Part shown: in pieces, positions 19,637 through 29,632 of the stretch
Layout: each line of letters starts with the position of its first letter
How positions within the stretch are numbered: position 1 is the first letter of the stretch
Assembly (NCBI GenBank): GCA_963665775.2
Contig: CAXXTF010000001.1
Span: forward strand, 128,001-192,000
Direction of reading: 5' to 3'
DNA length: 64,000 nucleotides
Source: Dehalococcoidia bacterium
GTDB lineage: Bacteria > Chloroflexota > Dehalococcoidia > SM23-28-2 > RBG-16-64-32
Translations under genes and position numbers: made by a program
Notes under the pieces: model-generated
Seen by the model: the letters and a program-made list of their open reading frames with translations, nothing else
Told to the model about the DNA's origin: nothing
The model's database searches: none

Positions 19637-20302
19637 TCACCGACTGACGACGAGCATGACCAAGTCGCCCGGACCAACCAGGGTACCAGGGCTGGGCAGA
19701 TGATCGACGACCACACCCGCGAGGGTGTCGCTCCGGCTAACGCCGATGACCACGTAGGAGGCGCCGGTCTCCTCTATCTCATCCACGGCCTTCGCCAGGC
19801 TGACACCGGCCAGATCAGGCAGGGCCAGGACCAGGCCCAGGCTTTGGCCACTGAGCCCCCGGCTCTCCGCACTCACACCGAACCCTGACTCTTGCCGAAC
19901 CAGAGAGCCACTGCTATCTTCACGGCCAACGCTGTAAAGGGCGACTACCAGCAGGACCAGAAGGCCCACCGCGGCCATTGGTATGAGACCCCTCACTGAC
20001 CACATCCTGGGCTCCCTGACCTTCGGCAGGGGTGCCATCTTCGGCTCTCCCACCTCTCCCACCGGGAACAAGGGAAGCAGCTGGGAGGGGTCCAGACCCA
20101 GGTAGCCAGCGTAGGAGCGAAGAAAGCCGCGCGCGTAGACGGGCGCCGGAAGGATGCCGAAGTTCTCTTGCTCCAGAGCCTCGAGATACCTTCTGGAGAT
20201 CCTCGTGACGCGCTCCGCATCCTCGAAGGTGATCTTCTTCGCTACCCTCGCAAGCCGGAGGGTCTCCCCGAACGGGGACACGCGGGCCTCCTGTAATTGC
20301 AC
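19637..20302 (-). CDS. RodZ-like HTH protein with TM helix and C-terminal PASTA-like domain
   Basis: FGETLR..TRISRRYLEALE..VYARGFLRSYA; LPDLAG...PSPGTLV. Confidence 0.8.
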   Translation of the reverse strand: MQLQEARVSPFGETLRLARVAKKITFEDAERVTRISRRYLEALEQENFGILPAPVYARGFLRSYAGYLGLDPSQLLPLFPVGEVGEPKMAPLPKVREPRMWSVRGLIPMAAVGLLVLLVVALYSVGREDSSGSLVRQESGFGVSAESRGLSGQSLGLVLALPDLAGVSLAKAVDEIEETGASYVVIGVSRSDTLAGVVVDHLPSPGTLVGPGDLVMLVVSR

Positions 20303-20445
20303 GCACTAAGTATACGGGAAGGCCATCATGGCCCGTCAACCCCTGCCAAAGCTAGCATGTCTGCTGATCTGCGGCGTATCCCCTGACGGAGGTCTGCCCG
20401 GCGGTGGCTGCTATAATGACAATCGGCCCGGCAACTCGTCGGGCT

Positions 20446-21432
20446 ATGAGTTTAATGATGCACACGATAAGGATACTACCGCTGCTGGCCAAACGGTCCG
20501 TGCAGGAGTTCATGGACGACAACTGCAGCCAGATGGCGGCCGCCATCTCTTACTATGTCCTCTTCTCCCTCTTCCCCTTGCTGATCTTCCTGGTGGGCGT
20601 CCTCGGTCTACTCCTCACGAGCAGCAGCCTCCAGGAAGACGTCATCGATTCCGTGCTGGACGCCATCCCGCTGAGCGAGACCGAGGGTCGCAACGATGTC
20701 ACGGACGCCGTCCAGGGCGTGGCCGGAGTTAGCAGCGGGGCGCTGGGCCTCTTTGGCCTCATCGGGATGGCCTGGGCGGGAAGCAACATGTTCGGGGTAA
20801 TCCGCCGCTCGCTTAACGTGGCGTACGACCTGGAGTACAGCCGACCTTTCGTCCAGCAGAAGCTCCTTGATCTGGTAATGGTAGTCGGCCTGGGCTTCTT
20901 CTTCGTGGTCTCCATCGGCGCCACAGCCTTCCTGCGGGCGACCCGCGAGTTCAGCGACGATATCCCCTACGTGGGTGACGCCGCCGAGTGGGCCGGATTC
21001 GCCTGGGACGCCGCCTCTTTCTTCATCCCTCTGGGCCTCTCCTTCCTCGCCTTCCTGGTGCTCTACTGGATAGTGCCCGCGACCAACGTCCGGCCCAGGG
21101 ACGTATGGCCCGGCGCCCTGGTGGCAGCGCTCCTGTTCGAGATAGGTAAAGTCGGCTTCACCTTCTATATTCAGAACTTCGGCAACTATGACGTGGTCTT
21201 CGGCTCCCTGGGCGCCGTGGCCGCCTTCCTGTTCTGGATATTCTTCGGCGCCAACATCATGCTGTTCGGCGCCGAGGTGGCATCCGAGTACCCGCGAATT
21301 CTCAGGGGCGACTACGCTGAGGCCGAGGCGAAGGAGAAACCCCCGTCACGGCCGCTGCGGGAGACCGTGCGCCGCACTGTGCGCGGCCTGTTCGTCCACG
21401 ACCGTGACGAGAGCGGGCCAGACCAACGTTAG
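20446..21432 (+). CDS. YihY/virulence factor BrkB family membrane protein
   Basis: AAAISYYVLFSLFP, YDVVFGSLG, LFGAEV; start uncertain. Confidence 0.92.
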   Translation: MSLMMHTIRILPLLAKRSVQEFMDDNCSQMAAAISYYVLFSLFPLLIFLVGVLGLLLTSSSLQEDVIDSVLDAIPLSETEGRNDVTDAVQGVAGVSSGALGLFGLIGMAWAGSNMFGVIRRSLNVAYDLEYSRPFVQQKLLDLVMVVGLGFFFVVSIGATAFLRATREFSDDIPYVGDAAEWAGFAWDAASFFIPLGLSFLAFLVLYWIVPATNVRPRDVWPGALVAALLFEIGKVGFTFYIQNFGNYDVVFGSLGAVAAFLFWIFFGANIMLFGAEVASEYPRILRGDYAEAEAKEKPPSRPLRETVRRTVRGLFVHDRDESGPDQR

Positions 21433-21552
21433 GCGCCCCACTCTTGCCATTCTGAGTCCGCCCCCGGGCAGGCGAAGAATCCGCAGACCCTTAGCGGAGC
21501 TTATCCTAAGGGAAACGAAGGGCTCAGGCGGACAGACCCCACCCTGTCGACC

Positions 21553-24500
21553 CTAGCCCGCCCGGCGGACGGCCAGCGCCACCGTCTGACCATCGACCGT
21601 CTGCTCCTCGCCGTAGGCCTCCGATGGCGGCGATCCCTCGGCGATCTCCCGAGACAGGGTTTCCCGCCGGACGTAGTCGCCGTGCCGGGCCAGCACCTGC
21701 CTCAGCCTTTCGCTACCCTGGTAATAGGTCACGATGTGATCCGAGATCTCGAAGCCGGCGGCCTTACGCAAACCCTGGATGCGGTGGACCAGCTCCCGGG
21801 CCAGCCCTTCGTCGGCCAGCTCCGGGGTGATCACCGTGTCCAGGCCCACGGTGTAGCCCGCGTCATCGGAAGCCACGACCAGCCCCTCTAGCTCCGGCTC
21901 GCCCGCCGCCACGGAGAGGGCGCTGACGTTCAGCTCCTCCAGGAGCTGAGCCTCCAGCCGCCTCAACCCCTCCCCTTCCACCGGGTAGCGAGGCTTCACC
22001 ACCACGCGCGAGAGGGGCTGGCGCACCTTGATCCCCGCCCGGCTGCGGGCCGCCCGTCCCAGGCTGACGACGCGCATGATCAGCCGGGTCTCGTCCATCA
22101 AGGGCTGGTCCACCAGCGAGGAGTCAGCCCTTGGCCAGTCAGCCAGGTGGACGCTCTCCGGCGAGTCCCCGTCCGCCGAACGCACCAGGTTCTGGTACAT
22201 CTCCTCGGCGACGAAGGGGGTGAAGGGGGCCAGCAGCTTGGTCAGGGTGACCAGGCACTCATAGAGGGTCTGGTAGGCGGCCAGCTTGTCCGCGTCGGAC
22301 TCGCTCCCTTCGGCCGTGGTCAGGACAGGCTTCCAGAAGCGACGACGGCTGCGGCGGACGTACCAGTTGGAGAGGTCCTCGACGAAGGCCTGGATGGCCC
22401 GGCCGGCGTTGGTGGGCTCGTACCCGTCCAGATTATCGGTCACCTTCCCCACCAGGACGTTGAGCTCCGAGAGCAGCCAGCGGTCCAGCTCCGAGCGCTC
22501 ACCCTGGGGAGCCGCCGTGGGGTCGAAACGGTCGATGTTGGCGTAGGTGACGAAGAAGCTGTAGGTGTTCCAGAGGGTGAGCAGGAAGCGGCGCAAGGAC
22601 TCGGCCACCAGCCGGGCGGAGAAGCGGCGGGCCTCGCCCGGGCGGGTAGCGGTGTAGAGGTACCAGCGGAGGGCGTCGGCGCCGTGGGCCTCGATAACCT
22701 CCATCGGCTCCACCACGTTGCCCACGCTCTTGCTCATCTTGCGACCCTTGTCGTCCTGGATGAGGCCCAGACAGATAACGTTGCGGTAGCCGAGGTTCTC
22801 CGGCACTCGATCCGGCACCGCGGCCTGAAGGAGCACCGCCTCCGCGTGGAGGGTATAGAACCAGCCGCGGGTCTGGTCCACGGCCTCGCAGATGAAGTCG
22901 GCGGGGAAGCTGCGATCGAAGGTATCGGCGTTCTCGAAGGGGTAGTGCCACTGGGCGTAGGGCATCGCCCCGGAGTCGAACCAGGAGTCCATGACCTCCG
23001 GCAGCCGGCTCATCGTGCCGCCGCACTTCCCGCAACTGAGCTCGATACGGTCCACGTAGGGACGGTGCAGGTCAGTCAAAACATCCACCGCCGCCGGGTC
23101 CGCCGCCCGCTCGCGCATCTCCGCCCGAGAGCCGAGGCAGCTCACCTCGCCGCAGCTGCCGCAGCGCCAGATGGGCAGGGGAGTACCCCAGTAGCGCTCG
23201 CGGCTGAGGGCCCAGTCCACGTTATTGCGCAGCCAGTCGCCGAAGCGGCCGTCTTTGATGTGCTGCGGATACCAGTTGATGCGCTCGTTGCCCTGGTTGA
23301 GGCTCTCCTTGACGGCGGTGGTGCGGATGTACCAGGTGGGCTTAGCGTAGTAGAGGAGGGGCGTATTGCAGCGCCAGCAGAAGGGGTAGGTGTGGCGGAC
23401 GGTCTCCCGGCGCAGGAGGAGGCCCCGCTGCTCCAGGTCGGTCAGGATGGGTTCGTCCGCCTCCTTTACGAACAGGCCAGCGAAGGGCCCGCCCGTCATC
23501 TCGCCCTTGAGGTCCACCGGCTGCACGAACAGTAGCTCCTCCGCCCGGCCGAGCTCGAAGTCCTCGGCGCCGAAGGCGGGGGCGATGTGGACGACGCCGG
23601 TGCCATCGCTGAGCGATACGAAGTCGGCGGCCACGACGCGGCGGACCGCTCCATCCGGCCAGACGTCTGGATCTCCGGCGAGATCTCTGATCAGGACGGC
23701 CTCCAGGTGCGACTCTTTTGCTCCGACGTCCGTCAAGGGTTGACGCGTAAACTGGCGAGCGGTGACGCCCCAACCCCTTTCGGGTTCGTACAGTGGCTCG
23801 TAGCGCAGGCCCGCGAGCTCCTCTCCGGTAAGGGTAGCGATCACCGTGTAGCCTTCGTCCAGGGCCGCGCCCAGGAGGGGCGAGCCCAGGATCAACCCCT
23901 CGCCGTCCACCTCGGCCACGGCGTACTCGGCGTAGCGCTGGACGGCCAGCGCGGTGTTGCCGGGGAGCGTCCAGGGGGTTGTCGTCCAGGCCACGAGGGA
24001 GAGGGGCAGGCCCCGCCCTGAGCCTGTCGAAGGGTCACCCGACACCTTCTCCGTCAGCTGGCGGCGGGAGTCCTCCGTAAGGCGGAACTTGACGTAGACG
24101 GAGGGGTCCGGGGTGTTCTCCTGGTAGCCTTGGGCAACCTCGCCGTCCGAGAGGGAGGTGCCGCAGCGAGGGCAGTGGGGCGTCACGCGGTAGTCCTGGT
24201 AGAGGAGCTCCTTCTCCCAGAGCTGCTTGACGATCCACCAGACGCTCTCGATATACTCGTTGTCGTAGGTGATGTAGGGGTGCTCCATGTCCAGCCAGAA
24301 GCCGATGCGCTCGGTCAGCGCCTCCCACTCCTTCACGTAGCGGAAGACGCTCTCCCGGCAGCGACGGTTGAACTCCTCGATGCCGAACTCCTCGATCTCG
24401 GCCTTGCTCTTGAGGCCCAGCTCCCGCTCCACCTCCAGCTCCACCGGCAAGCCGTGGGTATCCCAGCCAGCCTTGCGGGGCACGCGCCGCCCGCGCATCG

Positions 24501-24717
24501 TCTGGTAGCGGGGGAACAGGTCCTTGAACACGCGGGCGAGGACGTGGTGCACGCCGGGCCGGGCGTTGGCGGTCGGCGGGCCCTCGTAGAAGACGTATGG
24601 GTTATCCTCCGGCCGCTCCTCGATGCTGCGGCGGAAGATGTCGTGCTCCTTCCAGAAGCGGAGGATGCGCTGCTCCAGCTCCGGGAAGCTCGCCCTGCTA
24701 TCGACCGGTTTGAACAT
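21553..24717 (-). CDS. ileS: Isoleucine--tRNA ligase, type 2 (IleRS2)
   Basis: FYEGPPTAN, GVHH signature, GWDTHGLP, AWTTTPWTL, DQTRGWFY, KMSKS; IleRS2-type C-terminus; Ile T-box upstream. Confidence 0.97.
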   Translation of the reverse strand: MFKPVDSRASFPELEQRILRFWKEHDIFRRSIEERPEDNPYVFYEGPPTANARPGVHHVLARVFKDLFPRYQTMRGRRVPRKAGWDTHGLPVELEVERELGLKSKAEIEEFGIEEFNRRCRESVFRYVKEWEALTERIGFWLDMEHPYITYDNEYIESVWWIVKQLWEKELLYQDYRVTPHCPRCGTSLSDGEVAQGYQENTPDPSVYVKFRLTEDSRRQLTEKVSGDPSTGSGRGLPLSLVAWTTTPWTLPGNTALAVQRYAEYAVAEVDGEGLILGSPLLGAALDEGYTVIATLTGEELAGLRYEPLYEPERGWGVTARQFTRQPLTDVGAKESHLEAVLIRDLAGDPDVWPDGAVRRVVAADFVSLSDGTGVVHIAPAFGAEDFELGRAEELLFVQPVDLKGEMTGGPFAGLFVKEADEPILTDLEQRGLLLRRETVRHTYPFCWRCNTPLLYYAKPTWYIRTTAVKESLNQGNERINWYPQHIKDGRFGDWLRNNVDWALSRERYWGTPLPIWRCGSCGEVSCLGSRAEMRERAADPAAVDVLTDLHRPYVDRIELSCGKCGGTMSRLPEVMDSWFDSGAMPYAQWHYPFENADTFDRSFPADFICEAVDQTRGWFYTLHAEAVLLQAAVPDRVPENLGYRNVICLGLIQDDKGRKMSKSVGNVVEPMEVIEAHGADALRWYLYTATRPGEARRFSARLVAESLRRFLLTLWNTYSFFVTYANIDRFDPTAAPQGERSELDRWLLSELNVLVGKVTDNLDGYEPTNAGRAIQAFVEDLSNWYVRRSRRRFWKPVLTTAEGSESDADKLAAYQTLYECLVTLTKLLAPFTPFVAEEMYQNLVRSADGDSPESVHLADWPRADSSLVDQPLMDETRLIMRVVSLGRAARSRAGIKVRQPLSRVVVKPRYPVEGEGLRRLEAQLLEELNVSALSVAAGEPELEGLVVASDDAGYTVGLDTVITPELADEGLARELVHRIQGLRKAAGFEISDHIVTYYQGSERLRQVLARHGDYVRRETLSREIAEGSPPSEAYGEEQTVDGQTVALAVRRAG

Positions 24718-24722
24718 GGCTC

Positions 24723-25112
24723 CTAACCTTCCGCCTGGCAATCGGCGACTGTGACTTCCATCCCAATCATGTCGGAATCGTGCTCGGCTCTCTTTTCAGC
24801 GATGAAGCGGAAGATCCAGTGATCATCTGCGTTCCATCGCACTTGGTGGCCCGTTCGCGCTGGCTTGAACAAAACACTACCAATAGCGTCTATGGCTGGC
24901 TTCAGTAGATTGTCTAGGTCAGTGACTTCCGCCTTGTCCGGCGGCAGTCGGAAGATAAGGGTCACCTCACATGGGCTCTCTATATGCGGTCTGCCATGCC
25001 AAGCGAGTTCCATTTGCTCAGCGACGCTCTCTTTCCATTGCTTCTCGCGCGAAGTTGCAAAGGGAGTCGCGAGACCCTTTAGGAAAACTGGCCCCACATG
25101 AACTGTGCCCAT
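24723..25112 (-). CDS. RusA-like Holliday junction resolvase family protein
   Basis: VTLIFRLP...DLDNLLKPAIDAI...DD pattern; AGGAGG SD; lower GC. Confidence 0.7.
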   Translation of the reverse strand: MGTVHVGPVFLKGLATPFATSREKQWKESVAEQMELAWHGRPHIESPCEVTLIFRLPPDKAEVTDLDNLLKPAIDAIGSVLFKPARTGHQVRWNADDHWIFRFIAEKRAEHDSDMIGMEVTVADCQAEG

Positions 25113-25133
25113 ATTCGTTCTCCTCCTGCAACC

Positions 25134-25432
25134 AAAATAGCCCGTCCCCTGAGGGACGGGCCGGATCTTTTACCCGCGGTACCACCCTGGTTCCCCGATG
25201 CGCATCGGGGCTCTCTTTGCGGGGCACGCCCGTACGGGTTATACCCCTGCCTTCGCTAACGGCGGCTTCCGGCCGAGCCTACTCGCCCCGGCGACCATAA
25301 GTGGCCACACGCGATGGGGGACTTTCGGTCGGCGGCTCGGGAGGGATTTTCAAGCGGAGGTGCCGTGTCCCCTCACACCGATCGGGACTCGCTGGCCGGC
25401 CCGGCCCGCCCTAGTCGTCTCCGTCAAAGCCT
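25134..25432 (-). promoter_or_regulatory. T-box riboswitch, Ile specifier
   Basis: Stem I with AGCGAG/GGTGTGAG motifs, specifier ATC (25345-47), T-box AGGGTGGTACCGCG (25175-88), terminator GCCCGTCCC/GGGACGGGC + TATTTT. Confidence 0.95.
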
Positions 25433-25449
25433 TTATGGTATATGTAATC

Positions 25450-25513
25450 AGTTTATGGAGTGGCATAGGCAGTGTCAAACCTTTTGACCCGCCTGACCCC
25501 CGCGCCCTATACT
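25450..25513. promoter_or_regulatory. Divergent sigma70-type promoters (T-box/ileS and pdxS)
   Basis: Minus: TTGACA (25473-78)-17-TAAACT (25450-55); plus: TTGACC (25484-89)-18-TATACT (25508-13). Confidence 0.65.
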
Positions 25514-25538
25514 GAAGCCGAGTGGAGGTATCTTGACC

Positions 25539-26426
25539 ATGGCCGCAGAAAAAGGGTCCCATCTCCTCAAGAAGGGCCTCGCCCAGATGCTGAAGGGCGG
25601 CGTCATCATGGACGTCGTCACGCCGGAGCAGGCCCACATCGCCGAATCCGCCGGCGCCTGCGCCGTCATGGCCTTGGAACGGGTCCCTGCCGATATCCGC
25701 GCCGCCGGCGGCGTCGCCCGCATGGCCGAGCCCGAGGTCATCCTCCGCATCATGGATACCGTCAGCATCCCGGTCATGGCCAAATGCCGCATCGGCCACT
25801 TTGTGGAGGCCCAGATCCTGCAATCCATCGGCGTCGACTTCATCGATGAGTCCGAGGTGCTAACGCCCGCCGACGAGTCCCACCACATCGATAAGTGGCC
25901 CTTCAAGGTGCCCTTCGTCTGCGGCTGCCGCGATCTGGGCGAGGCGCTCCGCCGTATCGGCGAGGGCGCCGCCATGATCCGCACCAAGGGCGAGGCCGGC
26001 ACCGGCGACATCGTCGAGGCCGTCCGCCACATGCGCTCCGTAATGGGCAACATCCGCAAGCTCCAGACCATGCCCGAAGATGAGCTGATGGCCGAGGCCA
26101 GGGCGCTGGGCACCCCCTACGAGCTGCTGAAGGAGACCCGCGAGGGTGGCCGCCTGCCCGTGGTTAACTTCGCCGCCGGCGGCGTGGCCACGCCGGCCGA
26201 TGCCGCCCTCATGATGCAGTTGGGCGCCGACGGCGTCTTCGTGGGCTCCGGCATCTTCAAGTCGGAGGACCCCGATCGGCGGGCTGCCGCCGTCGTCAAG
26301 GCCGTCACGCACTACAACGACCCCGCGATACTGGCCGAGGTCTCCCGCGGTCTCGGCGAGCCGATGCGCGGCCTAGACGTGCAGGCTCTGAACCCAGAGG
26401 AGCGGCTGGCCACGCGAGGGTGGTAG
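25539..26426 (+). CDS. pdxS: Pyridoxal 5'-phosphate synthase lyase subunit
   Basis: [39 protein letters not shown]. Confidence 0.98.
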   Translation: MAAEKGSHLLKKGLAQMLKGGVIMDVVTPEQAHIAESAGACAVMALERVPADIRAAGGVARMAEPEVILRIMDTVSIPVMAKCRIGHFVEAQILQSIGVDFIDESEVLTPADESHHIDKWPFKVPFVCGCRDLGEALRRIGEGAAMIRTKGEAGTGDIVEAVRHMRSVMGNIRKLQTMPEDELMAEARALGTPYELLKETREGGRLPVVNFAAGGVATPADAALMMQLGADGVFVGSGIFKSEDPDRRAAAVVKAVTHYNDPAILAEVSRGLGEPMRGLDVQALNPEERLATRGW

Positions 26427-26434
26427 GGAGAACA

Positions 26435-26488
26435 GCCGCAGGTGACCGCCGGTTAAGCACAGATTCAATCTGTGTCCCATCTGTGGCT
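26435..26488. repeat. Intergenic imperfect palindromic repeat (CACAGAT...ATCTGTG type)
   Basis: CACAGATT-C-AATCTGTG core extended by CCATCTGTGGC; related element at 55918-55991. Confidence 0.55.
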
Positions 26489-26541
26489 TTTACTTTCTCC
26501 GGCCACATCCTTTCCCCATCCTGCTACAATAGCTTCGGGAT

Positions 26542-27162
26542 ATGACCACTATCGGTGTACTCGCCCTTCAGGGCGATTTTCTGGAGCACGAAGCGGTGCT
26601 GCGCTGCCTGGACGTAGACGCGGTTCAAGTGCGCACGAGCGAGACTATGCGCGATCTGGACGGCCTCGTCGTACCAGGCGGTGAGAGCACGACGCTCTGT
26701 CGTCTCATGGCGGAGTACCAGCTCTACGAGCCGCTGCGGGGACTCCTGCGCTCCGGGCTGCCCACCTGGGGCACCTGCGCCGGTATGATCTTGCTCGCCC
26801 AGCGCGTCAAGGACTTGGACTTTCCCACCCTGGATGCCCTCGATGTCACCGTACAGCGTAACGCCTACGGCCGGCAGGTGGACAGCTTCGAGGCCGATCT
26901 CAGCGTCCCCATCCTGGGCGAGCTACCCTTCCCAGCCGTCTTCATCCGCGCCCCCGTCGTCACGGACGTCGGCGCCGGCATCGAAGTCCTGGCTCGACTC
27001 CCAACGCCGGACGGCGGCAGCGAGGAGGGCTCGCCGGTGGCGGTGCGTCAGGGGAGCGTCCTGGCCACCTCCTTCCACCCGGAGCTTACGGAGGACAGCC
27101 GCCTTCATCGCTACTTTCTCGGCATCGTCGAAGCCGCCAAAAGGCGAAACAGCACCAAATGA
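26542..27162 (+). CDS. pdxT: Pyridoxal 5'-phosphate synthase glutaminase subunit
   Basis: GVLALQG, PGGEST, GTCAG, RNAYGRQ, FHPE. Confidence 0.97.
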   Translation: MTTIGVLALQGDFLEHEAVLRCLDVDAVQVRTSETMRDLDGLVVPGGESTTLCRLMAEYQLYEPLRGLLRSGLPTWGTCAGMILLAQRVKDLDFPTLDALDVTVQRNAYGRQVDSFEADLSVPILGELPFPAVFIRAPVVTDVGAGIEVLARLPTPDGGSEEGSPVAVRQGSVLATSFHPELTEDSRLHRYFLGIVEAAKRRNSTK

Positions 27163-28097
27163 GCGAGGCGAGAACCGTCCTTCCCACCGATCTGGTGGCC
27201 CTGATGTCCTACGATGGGCGTGTATTCCCGAACGAGGCCAAGAGCTGGGACCGCCTGAACCCGGACGGCGGCCGCAGTGGGCCCCACCCACTGGAGACCG
27301 CCATCGAGCAGTGGTTCTCCTTCGCTACCGGTAAACACACCTGGGTCAGCGTCCGTGGTGCCACCATCCGGGGCCTCGTCTCGGCTCGCCGCCGCAGCAA
27401 GCGCTCCGCCTGGGAGGTGGATTGCCTCATCGACGCCGACGAGGATAAGGGCGTTACCCTCGCCCTGCTGGGCCGTATGGCTGCCGGGCTAACCAAGCTG
27501 GGGGCCGAGCGCGTGTTCCTCCGCCTCGACGCCGACAGCCCGCTTGTGGATGTGGTGCGCAGGGCCGGGTTCTTCGCCTACTCCGACGAGACCCTATACG
27601 GCGCCGATGACGTGGCCCCTACGCAGGCTCCGGAAATCTCCCTGCGGGCCCGGACGAAGGGCGACGCCTACGGCCTCTTCCAGCTCTATAGCCGGACCAT
27701 GCCCGCCAACATCCGGGCCATCGAAGGGGCCACACTGCGCGAATGGCAAGCGGCCCTAGAGCCCTGGGGCGGCCGCCCCAAAGATCTCCTCCTGGAAGAG
27801 AATGACATCATCGCTGCCTGGCTCCGCATCCTCCCCGGTCAGCGCGGCCGCTTCTCACTCCTAGCCCACACGGAGCGCACCTGTCTGGAGGCGATGATCC
27901 AGGTCGCCCTGGCCCGCCTGGCCGACAGCCGTTCCCTACAGTGCCTGGTTCCCTCCTGTGACCCGGCCCTGGCCCAATCTCTGGAGCAGGCCGGCTTTAC
28001 CCCCGCCGGGGGATACGTTGGCCTGGCCAAGCGCCTGCTCAAGACCAATGAACGGCTGACCCCAGAAAATGTGGGCACTGCGGTGCCTATAAGTTAG
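27159..28097 (+). CDS. Hypothetical protein, possible tandem GNAT-like fold
   Basis: Coupled to pdxT; AWEVDCL, RAGF and QAGF segments. Confidence 0.6.
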   Translation: MSEARTVLPTDLVALMSYDGRVFPNEAKSWDRLNPDGGRSGPHPLETAIEQWFSFATGKHTWVSVRGATIRGLVSARRRSKRSAWEVDCLIDADEDKGVTLALLGRMAAGLTKLGAERVFLRLDADSPLVDVVRRAGFFAYSDETLYGADDVAPTQAPEISLRARTKGDAYGLFQLYSRTMPANIRAIEGATLREWQAALEPWGGRPKDLLLEENDIIAAWLRILPGQRGRFSLLAHTERTCLEAMIQVALARLADSRSLQCLVPSCDPALAQSLEQAGFTPAGGYVGLAKRLLKTNERLTPENVGTAVPIS

Positions 28098-28099
28098 CC

Positions 28100-29629
28100 A
28101 TGCTCAGGATCACCGACGACCTCGACACTCTCATCAACATCCTGCCGATACGGGTCGCCGGCGCCTTGCGAGACCGGCATAACAACTTCGAGCTGCTGGA
28201 GGTGGTGCTTGACCTGGGCCGCTTGCCCCAGGCCCGCTACCCCGGCGAAGAAGCGATCCTCAGTGAGGCCGAAGTGTCCCAGGACGATATCGACCACGTA
28301 CTGCCGCGCGTCGGGGAGTTCACCTCGGACAACCGGGCCGGGATCGAGCGCACCCTGCACCGCATCTCCTGTATACGTAACCGCAAGGGGCACATCGTCG
28401 GCCTTACCTGCCGCGTCGGCCGCGCCGTGTTCGGCACCATCCGCATCATCGAGGATCTGGTGCAGGGGGGAAAGAGCGTTCTCCTTCTGGGACGCCCCGG
28501 TGTGGGCAAGACCACCATGCTGCGCGAGGTGGCCCGTTTCCTGGCTGACGACCTCAATAAGCGCGTCATCGTGGTAGACACCTCCAATGAGATCGCCGGC
28601 GATGGGGATATCCCTCACGACGGCATCGGCAGCGCCCGGCGTATGCAGGTGCCAGCGCCAAACCTGCAACACCAGGTGATGATAGAGGCGGTGGAGAACC
28701 ACATGCCGGAGGTCATCATCATCGACGAGATCGGCACCGACCTGGAGGCCGCCGCCGCCCGCACCATCGCCGAAAGGGGTGTCCAGCTCATCGCCACGGC
28801 TCACGGGAACAGCTTGGCCAACCTCATCATGAACCCCACCCTCTCTGACCTGGTGGGCGGAATCCAGTCGGTCACCCTGGGCGACGAAGAGGCCCGCCGT
28901 CGCGGCAGCCAGAAGGCGATCCTGGAGCGCCGCGCCCCGCCCACCTTCGAGATCCTGGTGGAGATCCAGTCCTTCAACACCGTCGCCGTCCACGGCGATG
29001 TGGCGGAGGTGGTGGACGCCGTCTTGCGCGGCTACGACATTCCCGCCCAGAGACGCGAGCTGGACGCGGAAGGGAACATCCGTGAGGCCCAGGCACCCAG
29101 CGGTAGCCGGCGGGCCCTGGAGGGGCCCCGAGCCGATGTCACCCCGGTCACCATCGCCGCGGCCGGCCGCGAGCGCCAGATATACCCCTTTGGCATCTCC
29201 CGACAGCGGCTGGGCCAGGCCCTACGGCAAACGGACTTCCCCGGCCACACGGTTGACGAGATGGAGGACGCCGACGCCGTAATCACCCTTCGCTCCTATT
29301 ACCGTCGCAAGCCCCAGACACTGCACGATGCGGAGACTCGCGGCATCCCCATCTACGTCATCAAGAACAACACCATCTTTCAGCTGGAGCATTGCCTCCT
29401 ATCGATGCGCACGGAGAAGGGCGGCGATCCTGTCGTGGCCGCCCTGCGCGAAGCCGAGGAAGCCATCAGTCAGGTGCTGGGCGCCCAGGGTAGCGCAGAC
29501 CTTACCCCCCAAAACCCCTACATCCGCCGTCTACAGCATATGCTGGCTCAGCGCTACAGCCTGTCGTCCCACAGCCTGGGCAGAGAGCCCTTCCGCCACG
29601 TTCGCATCCTGCCCAGAGAGCCAGGCTAG
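28100..29629 (+). CDS. AAA ATPase with C-terminal R3H domain (Ycf45/SpoIIIAA-like)
   Basis: DNRAGIERTLHRIS, GRPGVGKT, IIDEIG, RRLQH. Confidence 0.9.
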   Translation: MLRITDDLDTLINILPIRVAGALRDRHNNFELLEVVLDLGRLPQARYPGEEAILSEAEVSQDDIDHVLPRVGEFTSDNRAGIERTLHRISCIRNRKGHIVGLTCRVGRAVFGTIRIIEDLVQGGKSVLLLGRPGVGKTTMLREVARFLADDLNKRVIVVDTSNEIAGDGDIPHDGIGSARRMQVPAPNLQHQVMIEAVENHMPEVIIIDEIGTDLEAAAARTIAERGVQLIATAHGNSLANLIMNPTLSDLVGGIQSVTLGDEEARRRGSQKAILERRAPPTFEILVEIQSFNTVAVHGDVAEVVDAVLRGYDIPAQRRELDAEGNIREAQAPSGSRRALEGPRADVTPVTIAAAGRERQIYPFGISRQRLGQALRQTDFPGHTVDEMEDADAVITLRSYYRRKPQTLHDAETRGIPIYVIKNNTIFQLEHCLLSMRTEKGGDPVVAALREAEEAISQVLGAQGSADLTPQNPYIRRLQHMLAQRYSLSSHSLGREPFRHVRILPREPG

Positions 29630-29632
29630 ACG

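Noticed and set aside
22147-23535. Long antisense ORFs (also 43559-45325, 14522-15694, 54636-55778)
   Set aside because: Shadow frames of GC-rich, strongly codon-biased genes (ileS, dnaE, purH, groEL); no motifs or start signals
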